The position numbers were made by a program, and so were the translations under genes. Positions 25,326-27,201 of a stretch of 27,201 bases of DNA are shown here, piece by piece. The notes beneath the pieces are model-generated. The model did no database searches. It saw only the letters and a list, made by a program, of their open reading frames with translations, and had not been told where the DNA came from. The stretch is from positions 1 to 27,201 of the forward strand of contig DASUHV010000245.1 of NCBI GenBank assembly GCA_036273355.1, written 5' to 3'. Source of the stretch: Gaiellales bacterium. GTDB taxonomy: Bacteria; Actinomycetota; Thermoleophilia; Gaiellales; JAICJC01. The stretch's first letter is position 1. Every line of letters begins with the position of its first letter.

Positions 25326-25520
25326 TTGATTCCACGTCCCCGCGCGCCTGACCGTCCGTACTGCTGGTGGGTGCGTGTGGCTGCGGTGCTGCGGTCGGGA
25401 AGCGTGCGCATCGCAGCGTCCTCGGTCGGGCCGATATTCCCGATATCGGCCCTCCCTCGATCCTGGCGCTGCTTGCTTACCGACCGCTCAGGACATCACG
25501 GCGACGTGGAATCAATTATC
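25321..25520. repeat. 200-bp element with terminal inverted repeats and nested stems (copy 2 of a MITE/REPIN-like family)
   Basis: GATGATTGATTCCACGTC at 25321-25338 versus GACGTGGAATCAATTATC at 25503-25520 (17/18). Internal stems of 5, 13, 8 and 10 bp. Termini match the element at 15187-15353. Confidence 0.8.
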
Positions 25521-25527
25521 AAGCCCT

Positions 25528-26091
25528 TCAACAGCGCGGCAGGTAGCCGCCGCGCACGGTCGCGGCGAACGCCTTCCCGCCGGCGCTGTAGCCGACCACG
25601 AGCGGTTGGCGCAGCGCCGGCACCTGCACGGGCCGGTGCGTCAGGCAGCCGCGGGCGCGGAAATGGAAGTCGATCTGGAGCGTCGCGCGCGGCGGCAGGC
25701 GCAGGTCGAACGGCTGGGTTGACTGCCGCTGGGGCGGCCCGAAGGTGGCGCCGCTGCGGCTGATCCGCTTGATCGCGATGTCATCGACGTGCCCGCCCCT
25801 CGGCAGCAGCACCGACGTGACCGTGATGGGATGGTCGCCCGCGTTCTGAACGTCGGCGAAAGCCAGGTGCAGGGTGTGGTCGGCAGGCGCTGACAGGTAG
25901 GTCGCGCCGAGGCTCGTGAACGCGACCGGGCCGGTCTGGTCGGGAATCGGCGTGGACGGCGGGACTGCCGGTGTGACCTGCCCCGGCGAGACCAGCAGGA
26001 TCACGGTCGCCGCCAGCGCCACCAGCGCCGCCGCGGCCGGCGAAACCGGCCCGGCGGGGCGACTGCTGCGCGGTGCGGCAACTGCACTCAT
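25528..26091 (-). CDS. Hypothetical membrane-anchored or secreted protein with Ig-like beta domain
   Basis: Hydrophobic segment AAAALVALAATVILLVS, then a Pro-rich linker and a beta-rich region (VQNAGDHPITVTSV). TATGGT -10 lies 7 nt before the ATG at 26091. Confidence 0.65.
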   Translation of the reverse strand: MSAVAAPRSSRPAGPVSPAAAALVALAATVILLVSPGQVTPAVPPSTPIPDQTGPVAFTSLGATYLSAPADHTLHLAFADVQNAGDHPITVTSVLLPRGGHVDDIAIKRISRSGATFGPPQRQSTQPFDLRLPPRATLQIDFHFRARGCLTHRPVQVPALRQPLVVGYSAGGKAFAATVRGGYLPRC

Positions 26092-26141
26092 GATAAGCAC
26101 CATACGCCGAACGCGAGCGTGGATCGGCCTACCATGCCAGG

Positions 26142-27047
26142 ATGCTCGCGGGCACACACGGGATGGATCTGGGCGGCGGCTGGACGACGGCCGGCGTGAT
26201 CGTGACGGCGTTCGTGGCCGCCTGGCTGATATCGCGCGCGTCGGGGATCGTGGCCGAGTTCGCGGTGCGCAGGTACGAGCGCCGCCAGCTCGGCGACGAG
26301 GCGGCGCCGGCCGACACCGGCGTGCTGGTGCGCCTGAACCGGCGCGAGACCATGATCTCGCTGGTTCGCACCAGCATCCGCTACCTGGCGTACGGGTTCG
26401 CGATCGCGATCTCGATCGGCCAGCTGCTGGGCTGGACGAAGAGCACCGCGATCGCCGGCGCCTCGCTGCTGGTGGTGCTGATCGGGTTCGCGGGCCAGCG
26501 CTTCCTGACCGACCTGGTCGCGGGCCTGCTGATGTTCTTCGAGGGCTGGTTCTCGGTCGGCGACACGATCGTGATCGAGCCGCTCGACCTGTCGGGGGTG
26601 GTGGAGGAGGTGTCGCTGCGCTCGACCACGCTGCGGGCCGTCACCGGCGAGACGATCCGGGTCAACAACTCCCAGATCTTCGGCGCCCGGATCCTGCCCA
26701 GCGGCGCCCGCGAGGTCGAGATCGAGCTGTTCGTGACCGACAGCGACGAGGCTCGGCGGCTGGTCGAGGACGTGGCCCAGATCGTGCCGGCCGGCCCCAC
26801 CCGGTTCGTGCGCCGCCCGGTCGTGGTGGAGCTGGAGGCGCTGGACGTGCAGCTGACGCGGATGCTGATCAGCGCCACGGTCGCCCATGGCCGCGAGTGG
26901 CTGGTCAACGACTTCCTGCCGGACATCCTCAAGGAGCGGGCGCCGGAGGGGCTGATCGCCCACGGGCCGGTGGTGATGTTCGTCGATGACCGCGCCACCC
27001 GCCGGTTCGCGCGGTCGGTGCCGGCGTCGTCGCGGCAGCCGCGGTAG
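26142..27047 (+). CDS. MscS-family small-conductance mechanosensitive channel
   Basis: TM segments, then IGFAGQRFLTDLVAGLLMFFEGWFSVGDTI, GVVEEVSLRSTTLRAVTGETIRVNNSQI. TACCAT -10 lies 6 nt before the ATG. Confidence 0.92.
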   Translation: MLAGTHGMDLGGGWTTAGVIVTAFVAAWLISRASGIVAEFAVRRYERRQLGDEAAPADTGVLVRLNRRETMISLVRTSIRYLAYGFAIAISIGQLLGWTKSTAIAGASLLVVLIGFAGQRFLTDLVAGLLMFFEGWFSVGDTIVIEPLDLSGVVEEVSLRSTTLRAVTGETIRVNNSQIFGARILPSGAREVEIELFVTDSDEARRLVEDVAQIVPAGPTRFVRRPVVVELEALDVQLTRMLISATVAHGREWLVNDFLPDILKERAPEGLIAHGPVVMFVDDRATRRFARSVPASSRQPR

Positions 27048-27065
27048 CCCCGCGGAATCGAGGAT

Positions 27066-27200
27066 CTAGTCGTAGTCGATCGCGCCCGCCGCCTCGGTCT
27101 GGGTGAACTTCACCTTCGGGCAGGTGTGCAGCGGCGCGGTCCAGGGCTTCAGCGGGTGCTGGAACTGGAACGCCGATCGCAGCGAGTTGACCTTCCGCTC
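27066..27200 (-). CDS. C-terminal 44 aa of an unidentified protein (5'-truncated by the window)
   Basis: Open frame ERKVNSLRSAFQFQHPLKPWTAPLHTCPKVKFTQTEAAGAIDYD-stop with strong GC3 bias. TAG at 27068-27066. Confidence 0.65.
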   Translation of the reverse strand, partial: ERKVNSLRSAFQFQHPLKPWTAPLHTCPKVKFTQTEAAGAIDYD

Positions 27201-27201
27201 G

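Noticed and set aside
1-27201. CRISPR array, transposase, integrase or phage genes
   Set aside because: No regularly spaced direct repeats and no ORF with DDE, HUH, tyrosine/serine recombinase or phage structural motifs were seen.

Overview
High-GC (visibly about 70%) bacterial chromosomal segment. Gene content and promoter style suggest an actinobacterium, possibly Thermoleophilia/Gaiellales-like (inference). It carries housekeeping and ordinary accessory genes: 3' end of a type-2 IleRS, an NAD-dependent epimerase-type protein, ispH, a CAP protein, two GNATs, a ZIP transporter, a Vps62-like/membrane fusion protein, a DUF7144-like protein, an LLM oxidoreductase, tRNA-Gly(TCC), MMPL, rmuC, an FAD amine-oxidase pair with a YbjK/RcdA-like TetR and a perfect operator palindrome, a secreted glycoside-hydrolase-like protein, a GGDEF protein, DUF1203, a cytidylate-kinase-like protein and MscS. 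A roughly 3.2 kb lower-GC block of ORFans lies against the tRNA 3' end. The most unusual signal is non-coding. Two intergenic elements (15187-15353 and 25321-25520) share the same 17-18 bp terminal inverted repeat (GATG[G/A]TTGATTCCACG), have unrelated interiors, and each folds into a long hairpin or multi-stem. In the first, all nine wobble-type mismatches favour the antisense strand. This looks like a dispersed MITE/REPIN-like or structured-RNA family. Other observations: a 28-aa proline-rich ORF below the ORF-track cutoff with a strong RBS and a SigF/SigB-type promoter, tandem DtxR-type operators at the ZIP promoter, and a pervasive leaderless promoter architecture. All alignments and counts were done by eye; no database searches were run.
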